Assembly (NCBI GenBank): GCA_965660855.1 | Contig: CBFIBM010000001.1 | Span: 1-64,000 of the forward strand | Origin: an uncultured bacterium | GTDB taxonomy: Bacteria; Fidelibacterota; Marinisomatia; Marinisomatales; UBA1611 | DNA: 64,000 nt | Direction of reading: 5' to 3' | Part shown: one piece after another, positions 61,272 to 64,000 of the stretch | Numbering within the stretch: the stretch's first letter is position 1 | Layout of the letters: each line of letters starts with the position of its first letter | Made by a program: the position numbers and the translations under genes | The notes under the pieces: model-generated | Seen by the model: only the letters and a program-made list of their open reading frames with translations | Told to the model about the DNA's origin: nothing | The model's database searches: none

Positions 61272-61886
61272 ATGAGTGTAGAACATTATGTTAATTTATT
61301 TACACGGTCTGTTTTTATTGATAACATGATATTAGCATACTTTTTAGGTATGTGTTCATTTTTAGCAATTTCAAAAAAAATTGATACCTCCTTAGGGCTA
61401 GGGTTTGCAGTAGTTTTTGTATTAACTGTCACTGCACCTTTGAACTGGGTAGTCCATGAATTTTTCTTAATGGATGGTGCTCTATCATGGGCTGGTTTTC
61501 CTAATGTAGATTTAAGTTTTTTAAATTATATAATTTTTATTGCTGTTATAGCTACAGCAGTACAATTAGTTGAAATGGTGCTTGATAAATTTTCTCCAAC
61601 TCTTTACAACAATCTTGGAATTTTTCTGCCATTGATTGCAGTGAACTGCGCAATTTTAGGCGGTTCTATGTTTATGGTCGAGAGAAAATATACATTTTCA
61701 GAAACAATAGTATACGGATTTGGTTCTGGAGTTGGGTTCCTTTTAGCAATTGCTGCAATGGCAGCGATAAGACATAGATTGAGGTATTCAAATGTACCAA
61801 AAGAATTGAGAGGAGTAGGAATAACAATGCTCTTGACAGGTTTAATTTCAATGGCCTTTATGGCATTTAGTGGGATTGATTTATAA
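61272..61886 (+). CDS. nqrE: Na+-NQR subunit E
   Basis: [31 protein letters not shown]. Confidence 0.96.
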   Translation: MSVEHYVNLFTRSVFIDNMILAYFLGMCSFLAISKKIDTSLGLGFAVVFVLTVTAPLNWVVHEFFLMDGALSWAGFPNVDLSFLNYIIFIAVIATAVQLVEMVLDKFSPTLYNNLGIFLPLIAVNCAILGGSMFMVERKYTFSETIVYGFGSGVGFLLAIAAMAAIRHRLRYSNVPKELRGVGITMLLTGLISMAFMAFSGIDL

Positions 61887-63115
61887 TGGAACAAATATTT
61901 TTAGGAGTTACAGTAGTATCGGCAATTATAGTTTCTTTAGTATTGTTAATTAATTTTGCTGAGGGAAAGTTACTCCCTCAAGGAGATATCTCAATCTTGA
62001 TTAATAATGATTCTGAAAATCAGGTAAAAACCCGACCGGGATCAACTCTGCTAAATGTTCTTTCTAATCAAACTATATTTTTACCATCTGCTTGCGGTGG
62101 TGGGGGAACATGTGCAATGTGTAAATGTCAAGTCCTTGATGGAGGGGGAGAAATACTACCAACTGAAACAGGACATATTTCAAGAAGTGAAGCAAAAGAC
62201 AACTGGAGATTAGCATGTCAGGTAAAGGTAAAAGAAGACATGAAAATTCGTGTTCCAGACGAAATATTTAGCATTCAAAAGTGGGAATGTACTGTAGAAT
62301 CAAATACAAATGTTGCAACTTTCATTAAAGAATTAGTTCTAAATCTACCAGAAGGAGAGAATCTTAATTTTGAAGCTGGTGGATATATCCAAATTGACAT
62401 ACCGGAATATCATAATCTAGCATTTAGCGAATTTGATGTAGAGGAAGAATATCATCCTGATTGGGATAAGTTTAAAATATGGGATTTAGTAGCCAATAAC
62501 GAAGAGCCCGTTTTCAGAGCTTACTCAATGGCAAATCATCCAGCAGAAGGAAATAGAGTAATGTTAAATGTTCGTATAGCTACACCACCGCCTCCATTAT
62601 GGAATGAAGCTCCTCCAGGGTTAGCATCTTCATACATATTTAATCTTAAGCCTGGTGATAAAGTAACCGTTTCTGGTCCATATGGAGAGTTTTTTATAAA
62701 AGATACTGATAGAGAGATGGTCTACATTGGAGGAGGTGCAGGTATGGCTCCTATGCGCTCTCATTTATTTCATTTGTTTAATACTTTAAAGTCCGGAAGG
62801 AAAGTTTCTTTTTGGTATGGAGCAAGATCAGTGAGAGAGATGTTCTATGATGACCAATTTAAAGAAATTGCTAAGAAATTTCCAAATTTTACATACAATG
62901 TTGCTTTATCTGAGCCTATGAAAGAAGATAATTGGGAAGGTGCTACTGGTTTTATACATCAGGTATTACATGATGAATATTTGTCTAAACATGAAGATCC
63001 AACTGAGATAGAATATTATATGTGTGGACCACCGCCAATGATTAACGCTTGCGATAACATGTTAGATAGTCTTGGTGTTGAAAAAGAGATGATAGCATAT
63101 GATAGTTTTGGTTAA
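61886..63115 (+). CDS. nqrF: Na+-NQR subunit F
   Basis: [15 protein letters not shown] [2Fe-2S] domain; [21 protein letters not shown]. Confidence 0.97.
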   Translation: MEQIFLGVTVVSAIIVSLVLLINFAEGKLLPQGDISILINNDSENQVKTRPGSTLLNVLSNQTIFLPSACGGGGTCAMCKCQVLDGGGEILPTETGHISRSEAKDNWRLACQVKVKEDMKIRVPDEIFSIQKWECTVESNTNVATFIKELVLNLPEGENLNFEAGGYIQIDIPEYHNLAFSEFDVEEEYHPDWDKFKIWDLVANNEEPVFRAYSMANHPAEGNRVMLNVRIATPPPPLWNEAPPGLASSYIFNLKPGDKVTVSGPYGEFFIKDTDREMVYIGGGAGMAPMRSHLFHLFNTLKSGRKVSFWYGARSVREMFYDDQFKEIAKKFPNFTYNVALSEPMKEDNWEGATGFIHQVLHDEYLSKHEDPTEIEYYMCGPPPMINACDNMLDSLGVEKEMIAYDSFG

Positions 63116-63131
63116 AACTTATATCAAACCG

Positions 63132-64000
63132 ATGTACAAAGAGGCCCATATTATTATGGGCTTCTTTTTTTTATGGTGTAGTTGTTCATCTCCAGATACA
63201 TACATAAATATTAATGGTCAGACTATGGGAACAACTTACTCTATAAAATTAAATATAGAAGATAAAAACTTAGATCATGATGATTTAAAAAATAAAGTAG
63301 ATTCAGTTTTAAATAGATTAAATACAGTTTTCAGCACATGGGATAATGAAAGTGAAATTTCTAATTTTAACAAAGCTCTTGATACTGATGGCATTTTAAT
63401 TTCTGAGGATTTTAAAAATGTTATAAATAGAGCACTCTCAATCTCAAACGCGACAAATGGTTATTTTGATGTTACAGTGTTTGATTTAATGTCATTCTGG
63501 GGTTTTGGACCTAAACCGTATAAAAAACCAATTAAATTAGAGAGGATTGATTCTATATTAAATTTTACTGGTTCTGAATTTTTAGTATTAGAAAAAAATA
63601 TTTTAACTAAAATACATCCTTTTGTAAAAATTGATTTAAACTCTATTGCAAAAGGGTATGGTGTGGATAAAATATTTAATTATCTAGTTGAACAAAACTT
63701 TAAAGATGTATTTGTTGAAATTGGTGGTGAAGTCAGAGCAAGAGGATACAACCCTAAAGGATCATTTTGGAAAATTGGAATAGAATCTCCTTATGAAGAT
63801 GTTAAAACAAAAGAGCCATTTATTGGAATAATTGAACTAAATAATAAATCAATGGCAACTTCAGGTAATTACAGAAATTTTATAAAATATAAAAACAAAG
63901 TACTAGGTCACACCATTGACCCAAGAAAAGGTTACCCCGTAAACTCAAATATTTTATCCGTAACCGTAATTTCGGATTTTGGAATTGTATCAGATGCTTG
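63132..64000 (+). CDS. apbE: FAD:protein FMN transferase ApbE (lipoprotein), truncated by window end
   Basis: Not in the ORF track; MYKEAHIIMGFFFLWCSCSS...GQTMGTTY...SEISNFN...FDVTV...WGFG...DLNSIAKGYGVD...VEIGGE...ATSGNY...HTIDP. Confidence 0.92.
   Translation, partial: MYKEAHIIMGFFFLWCSCSSPDTYININGQTMGTTYSIKLNIEDKNLDHDDLKNKVDSVLNRLNTVFSTWDNESEISNFNKALDTDGILISEDFKNVINRALSISNATNGYFDVTVFDLMSFWGFGPKPYKKPIKLERIDSILNFTGSEFLVLEKNILTKIHPFVKIDLNSIAKGYGVDKIFNYLVEQNFKDVFVEIGGEVRARGYNPKGSFWKIGIESPYEDVKTKEPFIGIIELNNKSMATSGNYRNFIKYKNKVLGHTIDPRKGYPVNSNILSVTVISDFGIVSDA
63138..63172 (+). terminator. Intrinsic terminator after nqrF, overlapping the apbE 5' coding sequence
   Basis: AAAGAGGCCCATA-TTAT-TATGGGCTTC followed by eight T. 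Confidence 0.8.

Noticed and set aside
983..61894. Numerous 60-117 aa antisense or alternate-frame ORFs in the track (e.g. 983-1171, 28420-28686, 39218-39541, 56591-56905, 58994-59347)
   Set aside because: They lie within or largely overlap confidently assigned genes and show no recognisable motifs.

Overview
AT-rich, densely coding bacterial chromosome segment. Gene content (FCB-group-type porin, BtuG, T9SS-like tail, Na+-NQR) suggests a marine FCB-group organism such as Marinimicrobia; this is inference only. In order: tRNA-Asp, mltG-uvrD/pcrA-fur, a cobalamin-uptake neighbourhood (B12 riboswitch, TonB receptor, BtuG-like propeller with secretion tail, ECF S-component), a housekeeping run (trpS, scpAB, rluB, cmk, rpsA, tsaD), ugd-rmlCBA, a minus-strand Wzy-dependent polysaccharide locus, serS, plsC, mltD, HU, a bS22-like peptide, xseAB and nadK. 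The window ends with a contiguous respiratory cluster: an 11-subunit complex I lacking nuoEFG, running directly into nqrA-F and apbE (truncated by the window end). No CRISPR, prophage or IS was seen. Most notable: the headless Nuo + Nqr cluster with a repeat-extended NuoC, an HTH-Wzz fusion with a nearby structured intergenic element, and a riboswitch-controlled BtuG with a secretion tail instead of a lipid anchor. All family calls come from motif recognition by eye; no database searches were run.
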